Part shown: in pieces, positions 32,390 to 47,300 of the stretch
How the letters are laid out: the number at the start of each line of letters is the position of its first letter
How positions within the stretch are numbered: the stretch's first letter is position 1
Assembly: GCA_964035545.1 (NCBI GenBank)
Contig: OZ037765.1
Coordinates: forward strand, 2,356,001-2,420,000
Direction: 5' to 3'
Source: Bugula neritina
Lineage: Eukaryota > Animalia > Bryozoa
Length of the DNA stretch: 64,000 nucleotides
Notes under the pieces: model-generated
The model's input: the letters and a program-made list of their open reading frames with translations, nothing else
What the model was told of the DNA's origin: nothing
The model's database searches: none
Program-made: the position numbers and the translations under genes

Positions 32390-35300
32390 ATGAAATTATT
32401 TCCAGTTTCTGTGCTTTATGTGACAGTTACATTGACATGTCTTCGTAAGTAGTGATAATATACTCAGCTTAGGTAGTCAAACTTCTCTAGTGACTAAAGC
32501 TGGTTTCGTTGTACTTCAAGTGCTTTACCACAAACAAAGAGTAGTTAGACGAAATTAAGAAAGATAATTGGAAATGGGAAGTAATAAATGACCCTTGGGG
32601 CTGGTTTTAAATTGGTACTTTTGTTATACCTGAATTTTATTGCTGTATTGAGATTCTCTACATATACTCTCTTTGTTTTACATATGTACTGTCTTTAACT
32701 TATATACTCTTTAAGTTCCATAGAGCCTATTTATAGTACTTACTACTAGTGTTCAACTAATAAATCAACATCAGAATAACACGACTAAGCTGCTTGCCTT
32801 TACAGCTATACTAACCCCTATAATGCAACTAGATGATAGATACAAGTAGATCAGGCTGCGCGGGTGCAGTGTTGTATTGCGTAGTGTCTAGACACCAATC
32901 TAGGTGGTCAATAACTCATTTATCTTCTCAACTAAGCCTGTATATCACTTAGTTCAGTGATAGCTCTTATAGAACATGCCCAAGTCATTTAGTTGGCTAC
33001 ATGCTTTCCCATCTCACCCCTCTCTCCATTCTGTTAACTCTGGGCAGTCTACACCAAATACTTGCTGGGGAAGTTAGGTGGTCACATCTATAGCATGTAA
33101 CCTGTTCACTTGATTAGTCTTTCATTTGAAAATACTGGTTTTATGTTGCATTTATACATTTCACCATACGATCAGATACAACCACACGTGATCAGTGATA
33201 GACTCTTTAAATTCGATTTTTTTTTGTCATCAGTGCACTATATCAGTTATTTTATTATATTAATATTGGTCTTAGTAGAAGATTTGCTTGTAATATTTTA
33301 GTGTCACAGAAGCCTGTGGTCTCTCAGCTTAGTCTGGGGGCACCACCCAAGCATGTGGTACAGGTTAAAGTTACGGACCAGGTTTTGCTGTGTGAATACA
33401 CGCACCACGCTGGTATAGAAGGCACCGGTACCGGGTTTGGTGGCGGAGTAGGTGAAGGTTATTTCAGGCTCCACGACAACAACACGGTCACTTGTACATT
33501 TCCCGAAGACGGCACGAGTACACTGGCCTGTATGGCCATGATAAAAGTGTACAACGAGACAGATGTCCAGGGAAACATAACCTACTCAACTAGCATCTCT
33601 GCTCAAGGTTTGCGTCTTCTATTTAGAGTCTGTGTTCTACTTTTACCTGAAACATTATGGGGCTGCCACACTACAGTCAAAACGGCCATCTTGAACGCGT
33701 TTTCGAGGCTAAGCGTTGACCTCTGTGACGTCACAACTGTCTGATTTCTGAACGCAACTGTCAGTTTTTAGCGATGCGATGAAAGTTCGACATGTTGAAC
33801 TGTCATCGCTGAAGTTGAGCGATCAGCCAATCACTGACTGGCCAGGTTAACCCTGATTGGTTAAGTGCTTTTACTTTTTCCACGCGCTACTAGCGAGCAT
33901 TATTATTTGATTTGGTTCTTCGAAAATTATATTAATTTACTTTTAAAATAATTATGATGAAGTTATGTATGAAAGTTTCAATAAATCATGAAAATAAGTA
34001 TTCATTAGATAAATTTTGCTGAATTTTATCTGCATATTTAGTTTTTCTAATTTGGTTGAATTTTATTAGCGTACTATTTAGTTCTTTAGGCTAGTGAATG
34101 AGCTTGAATAAAGCTAAGTAATAATATCATTAAATAAAGCTAGTAATTTTGAATAATTGGAGCTAGTAAATTAGAATAAAAATAACTAGAAAATCTTATT
34201 AAATTATGCTAGTAAATCTCAAAAAATTGCGCTAAATTTAATTGTTGGTTACTGTGGATACTGCAGAAACTGGTTTATGGCATTCCTATTGGTTTAAAAG
34301 TTTACTGCGAGACTAGAGACAGTTAGCTTTCATCGTTCGTAGTGAACTGTAGTGTGACCAGCAAAAAGTAGGACGTGACGTTGAAGGTATGCGCGAGCAG
34401 CTTTAAAATGGCCGCCACAGTCAAGTTTCGACTGTAGTGTGTCATGGGCATTACACTCCTCACTGATTGTAAATATAATATATACAGCCTTTGTGATGTC
34501 AACTTGTAAATATTCCATTTGCCCTTGTGATGTCATAACATGTGAATTCTATCTGCCCTCGTGATGTCATATGCCCTCATGATGTCACCTGCCCTCGTGA
34601 TGTCATCTGCCCTATGATATAACCTCTTCTTCTCCCACCAGGCTGCTGGATCAAGTCATCCAACGACCAGTCCCAGTGTCAGCAGGACAACTGTCTGGCC
34701 AAGAGGTGGCACAAGTATGACGTGCCGAGGGACAGCTTCTGCTGCTGCACCACTGACCTCTGCAACAGGAAAGAGAACATACAGGTTGTAGAGGAGCCTG
34801 TGGAGGTCAAAGAGCACAAGAAGTCAGGTACGTGTGATTACAATAGCGGTTCTACCGAGAGAGAGTTCAGGCTGTGTGGTTACAATAGCAGTTCTACCAG
34901 AGAGAGAGTTTATACCGTGTGGCATCTCTTTCAGATGACAACAGAGACAGCAACGTGGTGTTCATAGTCTCAGGTATCATGAGTCTGCTGATATTCTGCC
35001 TGCTCGTTCTCTCTGCCTACATCTTCTACGCCAAACGCAAGTCAGCGAAACAGCGGGACCTGCAGATGAAGGCCAATCAGTACAACGAGGAGATGCGGAT
35101 GCTGTCGGACAAGACCCCAGACGTCAGTTACGATGACCTCGCTCTCGGCGTCTGCTTGCATCGCGGCAGATTCGGTGATGTAAGACGCTGTCCATATGTC
35201 TGCATCCATCCGTAGATTGTATGCTGTGTGGAGAATGGTGTGTTATGACATGAGCTCTAAGTGTGCTAATAGTAGGACATGCAATGAGCTCTAACTATGT

Positions 35301-35783
35301 TGGTATCTCGCAGGTATATAAAGGGAAGCTGAATGACAGTGAAGTGTGTGTCAAGTACTTCCACCCTCAGCAGAAGTCACTCTTCCTGACTGAGAAGGAG
35401 ATTTATAGCGTGCTGAGTCCTGATGTGAAGACCATCGTGCAGTGCCTCGCCTGTAATGAGTGCCCCCAGCCAGACGGAGCAACCAAGGTGGGTTGGAGCA
35501 CAGGCTAGTCTTTACTACTACTACTACTACTACTAGTACTACTACTACTAGTACTACTACTACTACTACTACTTACTACTAGTACTACTACTACTAATAC
35601 TACTACTACTACTAGTACTACTACTACTACTACTACTACTGCTGCTACTACTACTACTACTACTACTAGTACTACTACTACTACTACTACTACTACTAGT
35701 ACTACTACTAGTAGTACTACTGCTACTACTAGTACTACTACTACTACTAGTACTACTGCTACTACTAGTACTACTACTACTAG

Positions 35784-35821
<38 letters not shown>

Positions 35822-36177
35822 ACTACTAGTACTACTGCTACTACTACTAGTACTACTAGTACTACTACTACTACTAGTACTACTACTACTACTGCTACTA
35901 CTACTACTACTACTGCTACTACTAGTAGTACTACTGCTACTACTAGTACTACTGCTACTACTAGTACTACTACTAGTACTACTACTAGTACTACTACTAG
36001 TACTACTACTACTACTACTACTAGTACTACTACTACTACTAGTAGTAGTACTACTGCTACTACTAGTACTACTGCTACTACTAGTACTACTACTACTAGT
36101 ACTACTACTACTACTACTAGTACTACTACTACTACTACTACTACCACTACTACTAGTACTACCACTACTACTACTAG

Positions 36178-36225
<48 letters not shown>

Positions 36226-36309
36226 CACTACTACTAGTACTACCACTACTAGTACTACTACTACTACTACTACTATCACTACTACTAGTACTACCACTAC
36301 TACTACTAG

Positions 36310-36353
<44 letters not shown>

Positions 36354-39300
36354 ATACTACTACTACTACTACTGCTATACTACTACTATACTACTACTAG
36401 TACTACTATTGTTTCAGTACATTGTAATAATGGAGTACGTATCTCTTGGCTCTCTCAACTCTTATCTCAAGTCTCACGTCATAAACTGGAAGGAGATGTG
36501 TTCCATGGCCAAGACTGCAGCTGCTGGTATTGGATATCTTCACTGCGAGACTTTCATTAATGGTGAGAAGCTGGCTCATTGCTTATCAATATGCAATACA
36601 TGATACTATGCTATGTTATACTACTATGTTATGTTATATTATTATGTTATGTAATACTACTATGCTATGTTATGTTATACTAAAGGGGTCCACAAGCACG
36701 CCATAGTTCACAGGGATATCAACAGTAGAAACATACTCGTTAGACCAGATATGACGTGTGTCATCGCTGACATGGGGTTCTCTATGAAGATTCGGGGGTC
36801 AAAGGTTATTAGAAATGGTGTGGAGGAGCACGCTGAGGACGGCTCCCTCAGAGATGTAAGTATCTGTGTGGTCTCTAGGGCTATGTTCTGGTGGTTGACA
36901 GTCTTTTCTACTCAATGTGAAACAGTTGAATTCGGCTTAGTTTAAATTATTAAAATCTTGTTTACTCGTTACTATGGCTACTAGAGATTTATAGATTGTC
37001 AAAATGATTATTTCTGCCTCTCTCTCTGCAAACGTTGACTTCCAACCCTATTTATCTACCACAATAATAGTATAAGTAGATTTATATAGTTGTGATCCTC
37101 AAAGGATACAGTGACCTTGACCCCTTGCATGTTGCCGCAGGTTGGTACGGTGAGGTATATGGCGCCAGAAATCCTGGACTGCGCAGTCAACCTTAGAGAT
37201 TGTGAGTCATCACTGAAGCAGATTGATATCTACGCTTTCTCTCTGGTCATCTGGGAGCTTCTCACAAGGTGTACAGACCTTCTCTATGGTATGTTACGGT
37301 ATGATATGGTCTTCCAGAACTCCTTCAACTCTCTGTAATTTGTTTGAAATAAAAATATTATCCTTTCAAATAAAAGTTTTTATTTGTTAGTGCTGGAATC
37401 TATATCTGCAAATAGTTTTGTGTTGGTCTTGAATCACTTAGCATTGAGTGTACACCTAGTATTGAACTCTGAGTCACTTAGCTTTGCAATATGAAGACTA
37501 AGATAGCTGAAACTGTATAAGTACTTTTTCACTCTTTTGATGCATGTTGAAGCAATTTGCTGTTAGTAATTCACTTCAGACATCCATCAGAGCTGATATA
37601 TTATACAATACTTACTCTCCTCTCTCTCTGTTCAGCTGCTCACTGAAACTAACTGCCTTTACAGAGCCCAAGAGGTACATGCTACCGTTTGAGGAGGCGT
37701 TGGGAAGTCACCCTAACTTTGAGGCAATGAGGCTACACGTTGCCAAGGAGCACAACCGGCCAGCATTTCCTGTCAACATGAAGCGCACAGACGCGACGCA
37801 GCTGCTGCGAGAGACGGTGGAAGAGTGCTGGGACACGGACGCTGAGGCTAGACTCTCCGCTCTGTGTGTGGAGGAAAGATTCAAAGACATCGACGCTATG
37901 ATGGAGCATAAAGGTGTCTTGTTTAGTTTCTCTATCAGTTTCTTATATGCTCAGATTATTTGTCTTGTTTGGTGAGTCCCATTGTACTGGTGTAGCTGCC
38001 GCGCCATGTTTAACTTCCCTCTGTAACTTTAATGTACCGTGTTGCTGTGTAGCTGGGCCAGAGATGTCTAAAAATGACACGGACTGTGAGAAAAGGAATC
38101 GTCTCTCTTCATCCAGCACAGAGCTCAATGTTTCGGAGTATCCAGAGTTGTCTCCTTTGATGGGTGAGTTTATTAATTGATAAAAGTTTCACGCAAATTG
38201 TGTTACGAGTGTTTATCTGCACAAGTCTTTAGTGTAGATCATGATAGCAACTAGAAGCCGTCGATCACCTTGTTGAGGCCCCTTTCTCCCTGAAGGTTGT
38301 GCTATTCAACTGTACGTCTGCATTCTGTTTGGTAGAAGGTGACACTTCCTGTTTGGAGACTCGCGATGCTGCCACAACCAACCTTGACACGGCTGACCGT
38401 AATAAACCAGACGTGAACATAGACATGGACAGAGAGAGACTGCTCAGTCCCGCCAGAGGTACGTCTGCTTTATGTCACATATATCATACGATATTACTAA
38501 ATATATCATACGATATTACTAAATATGTCACACGATATTACTAAATATATTATACGATATTACTAAATATATCATACGATATTACTAAATATATCATACG
38601 ATATTACTAAATATGTCACACGATATTACTAAATATATTATACGATATTACTAAATATATCATACGATATTACTAAATATATCATACGATATTACTAAAT
38701 ATATCATACGATATTACTAAATATATCATACGATATTACTAAATATATCATACGATATTACTAAATATACCGTACAATATTATTCAACACAGCCCACTGT
38801 ATTATGCAGGCCGCAATATCTTAGTTGAGAGAAACACGCTGGCTGATGTAGGGGACGGGGCGCTTGCGGTACACGACAACACACTCATACCAGTTGAGGA
38901 GGCTAAGGTGAGACAGGCTGCCGAGGAGGAGAGAGTCAAGAGACAGATTTGGGACGAGCAGCAGCTCTCCCAACCTTCTCAAGGTTAGTGACGGAAGAAC
39001 TTAGTCTAGCGTGTTGGTTTTGGTATTTCTGTGCAAAACAAATTCTTTCAACTTATATTTTATGACATTTGATAAGATAAATGTCATGATTGTGTGTAAT
39101 CTCAGTATCCGTTTACTCTAGAGGTCTTTGCTGATTGTGTAGCTGCTGTTTCACAACTCAACACTTTCACTAGGCTGAACTAATAAGTTATCAGCAGCGC
39201 ACAGTTCAGCTGTTTCAGTGCTATGGGGTGTGTAGTGAAATATTAGTATGCTTCTATTTGGGGTGGGTTATTTATAATTATGGTATTATGATATACAGTT

Positions 39301-40518
39301 TTCTGTCAACCTTTGAGCCTAAAGTACACATGTCACATGATCCAACTTTGGACTATTCTAAATTAGATGCTGTCACCTGATTGAATAACTGAATGTTTCA
39401 AAGTTTTACAATCAGCTTTGTCTATCACTATGACTTCCTAACTGACGTTTCATAACCTGCCATATTTGTGAAGTGAACATTGCTGGGCAAAAATTAATTT
39501 CCTTCAACTCAGTTAAGACATCAAGGTGTTTATTTTTTCGTCACTTTAGAATATAGGATTACTAACTAGTTTTTAATTCCAACTTCACTGCCAGCAAACA
39601 ACTCTCAGGTACCTTGTCACAAGGTATAAATGAGTTTGACTGATTCCAAGTATGAATATCTTATAACAATCCTCAGTCAACATAGCGACTATCACTACAG
39701 AGTAACTCCTCTTGTAGATGTTTTGTATATTCACCAGTTCAGTTTTGTTAGAAAGATATTTATTTATGCAAATGCAATTATCCTCTATGTCTAGTTACAC
39801 AAAATTGATTATTCTTGAGCTACTGGTAATTCCAAGCCACTTGTTCCTGGGTGTCAAAATCAACATTGTAAGTGAGGCTGGAGTTGCTAGCTGTTGATAT
39901 CATATTTATATATCTGTTAGCTATTTGTAATGGGGAGGTGCTAACGATGCCTTAAACAGCTGTAGGTAATTTACATCAGCAATGCTTTTCAGTAACTGTA
40001 AGGGCACTTATGGCTATGATTTGGTTACACTCTGATACTTAGCTGTAGCATATGGTTGTTGATTATCCAATCGGATGAATTATTACTTGGCAACTTCTTA
40101 GTAAAAAGTCTTGCCTTTTTTACAGCAAACTACTTTTTAGAGAAAAGTTGTTTCTTCTTTTATAAACATTCCATGGTGAAAGAGAACTGCTTCAAAATTT
40201 TCTTTAAACTTTGCTACTTATTGCCTGCCCTTATCGTTGTACCAAGAAATTGTTTGTTCCACAGAGGGGGGCTGTGGGTCGCGACCCCTACCCAGGAACG
40301 TGCAGCTGGATGTACACAACGAAGTTAGAAATGAGTCAAAGCCAAAGGAAAACAACCTGAATGTCAGGAGGATAAATAGCCAGAGGACCATCTACGAGTC
40401 ATCTACGTCCAGCAATGGCGGGATGGGTAATATGCTCACCATACCTGACGCTACAGCTCGACCCATGAGACCCAAGTCTCTCAATGTCAACCTCAACATT
40501 AAACCAGAACTTAGCTAG
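32390..40518 (+). CDS. BMPR2: BMP type II receptor Ser/Thr kinase (BMPR2 / wishful thinking-like)
   Basis: Exons 32390-32444 (signal peptide), 33302-33607, 34642-34827 (GCW...CCCTTDLCN cysteine box), 34935-35179 (TM helix, GRFG), 35314-35487, 36418-36562, 36686-36855 ([11 protein letters not shown]), 37141-37288 ([31 protein letters not shown]), 37665-37913 ([19 protein letters not shown]), 38053-38163, 38336-38458, 38810-38983 (GRNILVERN), 40265-40518 (RPKSL); about 779 aa. There is no GS box, and the long C-terminal tail is typical of BMPR2/Wit. Confidence 0.9.
33658..34450. mobile_element. Non-autonomous PIF/Harbinger-type DNA transposon (Tourist-like MITE)
   Basis: TTA on both flanks (33655-33657, 34451-34453). 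Terminal inverted repeats TGGGGCTGCCACACTACAGTCAAAAC and (reverse complement) TGCCCATGACACACTACAGTCGAAAC, with shared subterminal GGCCAT. No transposase ORF. Confidence 0.7.
35513..36408. repeat. (TAC)n/(TAGTAC) microsatellite, about 900 nt, filling a BMPR2 intron
   Basis: Continuous trinucleotide repeat. Confidence 0.97.
38478..38770. repeat. Minisatellite, 22-nt unit, about 13 copies
   Basis: ATATCATACGATATTACTAAAT repeated. Confidence 0.95.
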
Positions 40519-41368
40519 TCACAGGACAACTTTTGTATATACATAATATATGCTTATATTACAAGACCACAGGTTGTGTGCACTGTAGGATATGGGCTTA
40601 TATTACAAGACCACAGGTTGTGTGCACTGTAGGATATAGGCTTATATTACAAGTCCAGGCTGTACTTATATTTAGTTGGTATGATATATTGTATGTTTTA
40701 CTGTTATTTTACTGTATATTTGTATGTTTTACTGTTTCATATAGTTAGGCATAATATCATATTTACTGTGTGCAACTTTACCATTTAAACTAGTTTTAGT
40801 AAATATGTACATCTACCCGAATGCTTCATTATTACAGCGCAATTATATCTTGAAGCATATATATGGAGTTGTGTCGCACTGTGCAGCGTTAGTAGTTTGT
40901 AGATCCCATATTTACCAAATGTTCTGTAAAACCTACATTATTTTTGTAGAATATAATTTGCATTTTATGGTTTTATATACCCTTTACCAGGTCGGTACAC
41001 ATTTTCTCTCCTTGAGATTATATTACAATTGGCTTATCTTGAAGGCTTGCAAACTCCAGCACTGTTGGGTTAACTTATTCTGTTTGGAACTAGTCATGTA
41101 CTAAAATAGTGTGAGTTCCATCTGCCAAGTTTCCCAACAATACTGGAGCGTCCTCACATTTGTATGTCTCTTTATATGTACCCAAGTGTTGGTTATATTT
41201 ACATATTTTATACACATGTCTGTATTGTATACAAATTGATATATAAATTAAAAAAATACTATAAATATTACCTGAAAATTATATGTTTTATTAGTATACG
41301 TGGAACATTGTATAGCAATATTCTAGGATAAAAATTAATAAATAATATAAAATAATTCTCATTAAAGA

Positions 41369-44300
41369 TTAAGTGTTTCTGAGCTGTAATTTTAGTCTCT
41401 GTATTCTGTCAAATACAGCTCTGTCAGCCATTGTGCACTGCTGCAGCACTAAATTCAGCTCATCTTCATTCTTTCTATCAAATGCTACTTCCGCTGCGTG
41501 CTCCATCTCTCTAGAAAATAAAATTACGAAATTAAGAAGACAATTCCAAAGTAGCAATCAATGGAACTTGCGCCATTGTGGCCATAACAATGACACTACT
41601 CAATGCAAAGTAGTGATAAGTTCTGGAGAGCCAGCAGTACACCTGCGTAGTAATAATTCAACTGATGAGATTCGATACACAAATTTTTTTAACATAATTG
41701 TTTAATTCAATCTTGATGAAAAAACTTGTAAAGATGCAAGCTAATGAAAAGTAAAATGCAAGTCCCCCAAAAGTAAAGTAAAATGATGCATTGGTTGGCT
41801 AATATCAGCTGCTTTACGAACTTGTCAACTTACAGCAAACCCACTGCTAGGAAATTGGAACAATAACACCACTTGTACTAGAATTATATTGATAGGTGCA
41901 AGTGGGATGCTAGACTACAAAATAATATGTGACTTGCAAAATTTCATGATATTATGAGAGGACAACTTCAAAAAAGAGTCAAGTAGGGCGGTAGAATAAT
42001 GATGGCAAAACAGAGCGTTGTCAAAAAGAGTGAACGAGTGTCTGCACTTATAAAGCATTTGGAGGTTTAGCAAAAAACTAAAGATGTTCTCGCAGACTCA
42101 TACGGGTCAGCTCTACCCACCCGATGCTGATGAGACATTTCACTTTCTCATCTGAGACTACTTTGTTGAGATATTTCGCTGCCTCTGCTTTGTTACCCCA
42201 CTTGGCACAGGCTTCTACGAAGGGCCTGTAGCCAATGGGAGAAGACTTCTTACTCTTAGAGAAAATCTCCAGCTCCGGCCAGTTACTGCACTCAGCAAGG
42301 GCGTTCACCTTCAGCCACCAGTATCTGAGTGGAAAGTAGAACACAGGCTATATAGTTGAGTTCAAACAACTACTAGTGTTGTTTGCTTTTAAAAAGAGAA
42401 ATAAAACAGGAACTATTAAAAACTGAGTAGATACATAATATAGTCTAAGTAGATGTATAATATAGTCCAAGTAGATGTATAATATAGTCTAAGTAGATGT
42501 ATAATATAGACTGAGTAGATGTATAATATAGACTGAGTAGATGTATAATATAGTCTAAGTAGATGTATAATATAGTCTCAGTATATAGCCAACACACCTT
42601 TTCTCGGGAACATTGAACTCTTTCTTCAAACTCTCAGCTATCTTCATGTTGCCAGCCATGACTAGCCGGTGCATCGTCTTGTGCAGTGATTGGTTGATAC
42701 AAGAGAGTCCTTGACCTTCTAACTGCTGCTGTCTCTCTAAAAGTCTGATTTGATCGTCCGTCATCTTTAAGAAATATCATAAAATACTAGAGGTCAGCAT
42801 GCAGAGCAAAAGCATTTGACACAACTATTACCAGTGTATTTAATATTCTATCTTTTTAAATTTAGTTTAGAGATGGAAAAGCGTTACAGAAAAACTTACA
42901 TACCAAATATGCTGCTCCAGATTAAAAAATGGTGTATAATTTTTTCAAAAAATCACACATTCCAAAAATAGAAGTTTTGAGAAAGTTGCATTCTTCTTGC
43001 CTTACCTTTTTTAAAACAGAAAAAAAATGAAATGCTAGAAGAAAAATAGTAGTTGTCATACCTTGGCTGCCCATTCATCTTTTGCACTCTGGAACTGTTT
43101 TTGAGCTTCTCCTAAAAGATACTTTTTTGCTCCAATTTCCTGTAGGAAAGTCATAAAAATTGAGTCTTTGAAAACTGGAAGACGACGGAATAAAGCTTAG
43201 ATAAAAGTTATTATATTTGACAATGAAATATCGCTAACTAAGAAACTACATTTCTAAAACCATAAACAAGATCAAGCGACAGAAAATCAATCACAAAACT
43301 TTCACTCTTCAGAATATTTTGTAACTGAAGGAAAGGAAAACATGTTTCGCTTCCCAAAATGCAACTGATGTCATAATACTCTCTACACTATAATACTTGC
43401 ATATCCTATTGAGGTTGTAAAGACAAATGAGAAGACAACTTTTAGCACCTGCGAAATGTAGAAACATGGTCTGTTAATTTAATCAGGTGAACAGGCAAAC
43501 CTACCTGTTCATCCAGACTGGCGGAGATCTTAAGATGCGCCATTTCATTATGGAGCCCTTCTTGATTATACAGACCCTCTAGGAGGATCGGATTCTCTTC
43601 TTTATAATACTACACAGAAATAGAACATGGAAATATCATTATTTAGTATCACAATCTCATTTAATATTAAATATAAGTGAATTATATGTTATATACAGTA
43701 TTAAAGAGGTAATTTTCAATTCTATCTGTGGTAAAAGAAGGGTGAAGTATGGACATTCCTTCCAGCCCAATCCTACTCTAACACTGGTTACACTGGTTAT
43801 CTATTTTGCACATATATTACCATAAATCGTACAAAATATTAAGCGATAGATTTGAACATTTCAACAACCCATATGATTACAATTTAACTTTAAAATATTA
43901 ATTGTTTTAGGAATTAACCAATGTACAGGGGAAATAACATTATTAAATTCTAAGTTCAAATAAATGAGCTTTGGCAGTGTGGTTTTATAACTAGTATTAA
44001 TACTAGCATAGCAGCTTATACTACGTGTACAGTAGCAATGAAACAGTAAAACTATACAAGCGCGTTATAATAAATTAGTGGGATAAATGGAAAGTATTAT
44101 CATTTAATAAAAGTACTGAATATTATACACAATTTTTTTCTCACCTATCTCCGCTTTTTCCTGAATATTATACAATATAATGACATAATATTACAATACC
44201 TATACCACAATACCACACAGTACCTTCATTAGAAGAGGAAGGGCTGGCGGAGATTTACGAATTTCCAGCAGGAAGTCCCCCACACTCCTGATAGTGTCAC

Positions 44301-47300
44301 TCAACTTGAAGATTACCTGGTAGACTAAAACAACAAATTATAATTATAAAACTGGTCTTACACCACTAAGAAATATAGATCTTGTATGTGTAAGTGACAG
44401 CAGACTGACATGTGAGTGGCAGGTGACAACAGGTGGCTAATGCAGATTTCTGAACAAAAGCTGTGTAACATGTGAGTGACAGCAGACTGACATGTGAGTG
44501 ACAGCAGACCGACATGTGAGTGCCAGGTGAGTGATTAGCATATGATGGGCTAAATACCAACATGTCATGTGATCAGCAGATGACTAACAACTCAGTAAAT
44601 TGCAGTCAACAGTGACAGGTGAGTGAGTCACAAATGGCATATGACATGTCAGCAAAAAAATAAGCAGGTAATTGAACAGCACGTCATATATGGGTGATAA
44701 GCAATTGCTGAGAGAACAAAAAAATGCAACACATATTTGAATAAATTGGCCCTAGCACAGTAGTGTGACTTGTATAAAAGGTGAGTTTTAACAGTGCTTG
44801 TTAAATGTTAATTAAAAATATCTAATGGAAGTTGACACTCCAGCTTTCCACGTGTGGAAGCTGATTGGTTTAAAATCTGGAGGTTAGTTAAATTCAACCA
44901 ATCCAACGTTGATACTGACCTAAATTACTGTCACCACTGTCGATGGCTTTCTTAAGTGCTGTGTCATACTTTTCTATTTTCATGAGCAAAGGAATTTGAT
45001 TGGCTGCCTTAGTTTCATGATCAAGTAACTGTAATATAAAGCAACATACATGGACACAATAGCCCGAAATTATAGTACATACCCAGGTATTGCATAGTAT
45101 GTTTATAAGACAACAAAACATGAAAAAATGAGACAACTATGATAGAAAATTTAATAAACTATAGTTACATAGTGGCGTAAAACACAGCAAGCTGAACATA
45201 TTCACAGCAAAGTACATTTACATATAAATATGTCAGTGTGAGAATAACCAATGTCATATAATCAATATTCAATATCCATTAGGCTAACTATACTGTATTA
45301 CTATGTATGTAACATACATCAATATATTCATGCGCATTACTGTTACTATGTTTGTTACAGTATAGTATAGGTATGAGTGTATGGAAACACACAGCACTCT
45401 TATCAACAACATTTATATTAAATAAATTATACTAATAAATAATACATTACTTAATACCAAATGTACAATACATTAGAGCTTATTCGTTACAAAAATATAC
45501 TTTTAGTAGGTCTATAGTTCATCAGATATTTAAATCTATCCTCATGCACAACAATCCAATAAAAATATAAAACTAATTTTCCAAGAAGTTAATAACGAAA
45601 AGTCAATGACTTGATGTAAAACAATTGGGTTATGTCAACATTGTAAAGCATGGGAAATGACCTGTCTAATGATATACAGTGATGAACATTAAGTATATAA
45701 TTTCTCAGTGTTTAAATACTCTTATTGTTAATTTCAAGTTTATAATTTAGTTCAAACATTAGGCTCTCTTATCTATGCAAGCATGTCACTCAACCCGTAC
45801 AGCGTACAGCAAGCCACCATTTGGAAAGAGCTGGTTGATAAGGAAAACACGACGAGATTGCTTTGGCACGAGAGAACAAGGCAAGGAGATCTCATGGGTA
45901 AGATGCTATTGGTGTGGTGAATTGACAGTCAAAAGGTTGAGTGTGAGTTTAAAATCTCGAGTTGGGTTGTGAATCGTGAGCTATAAGTTGGGTATAAGTT
46001 ATGTGACATATTTGATGTTTTTCATTTAATTGTTCCAAGAAAAAGATAGTATAAAAGACTTATAATTATAGACTATTATCAAACAAAATATATTTAAAAT
46101 TATATTTTATTTATAGGATATTATTACTATTAAAATTATATAATTCATTATATTCATAGAATACTATTAATATTATGATGTAGCATTATATTACATATAT
46201 TCATAAAATACTATTATAACTTTCATTATATAATTTTGTCGATATTACAATTATATAAAATAATTAGTACTATTATCATATAAGAATACTACTATTGTAA
46301 TAATAAAATATATGTGATTACATAATATTAGCAGTATTATAATACTATCACAAATACAAATAAATATGGACATAGAGATACTGAGTTTAAAAACGGGCAA
46401 TATGTTAGTATTAGGTTTCGAAAATTAAAGTAAATTAAAATGTTGGTTATTTTTAACTGCAAAAACCTAATCTATGATAACTGTAACTCAATGTACCAAT
46501 GAACCTTTACAGGCGACTCTTTGAGATTTGAAGTGTTTAAAAAGAAATTAGAACAGAATGTGATAAAGCCAGCCAATGTAACACAACTTCCCCCAATTGA
46601 CCCAACCAGATATTGTATGAAGTCACAGACGCATTTCCAGAGTAGGTTAGATCTTCAAACGCTGAAGAAAGCTAAAGAAGGGCTATCAGAGTCAAGTAAA
46701 GTGAGTTTACAGTAGATAGTACAAGCGGCTGATCTTTGGACAAACTATTCAAACGTTTGGCATCTTTTCCCAGACCAAATATTTCTAATGTCAGATTCTA
46801 CTGAATTCGAATATATTTATCAGCTAAACAAATATTAAAATTGCAAAGATTTTTATATTAAAACGGCTAGGAATAAAAGTTATAGAATTTTGTAGCGAAA
46901 TCTTACATGTTTGCTACTCTTGAAATATTTTTTCAGAAGTTGAAAGCTAAAACCTGTAACTGTTTCCTGTCTAAATATTCCGCAGATCTAACAACACGTT
47001 GATTACTGTAGATTCTAGACATGTACCCGGTTGAATCAAAGGTCAAGGACACATTGTATGACGGGTTCACAAAGGAGAGTAAAGGAAGATATCAATACCT
47101 TAAAAAGAGACAAAATAAAAACCCTGAAGATAAGTTTAAGTTCCCTCTATGCAGTTCGTGGGACTATGGGTGGCGACTCAACGACTTCGTACCTAAAGAG
47201 ACAATGACGAACCCAGACTACGGACGCAGGGCTATAGTTGAGAGTGACTTCTTCACCAGGAATGGTATACCTCATTACCATAGAAACAGACATTTACAGA

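Noticed and set aside
35569-36297. 242-aa Val/Ser ORF
   Set aside because: Antisense reading of the TAC microsatellite in a BMPR2 intron.
37955-37971. Possible 17-nt exon or extended exon ending at the strong GTGAGT in BMPR2
   Set aside because: Either use breaks the frame into the tail exons, whereas the 37913 donor gives a consistent frame. Nothing else in the sequence supports it.
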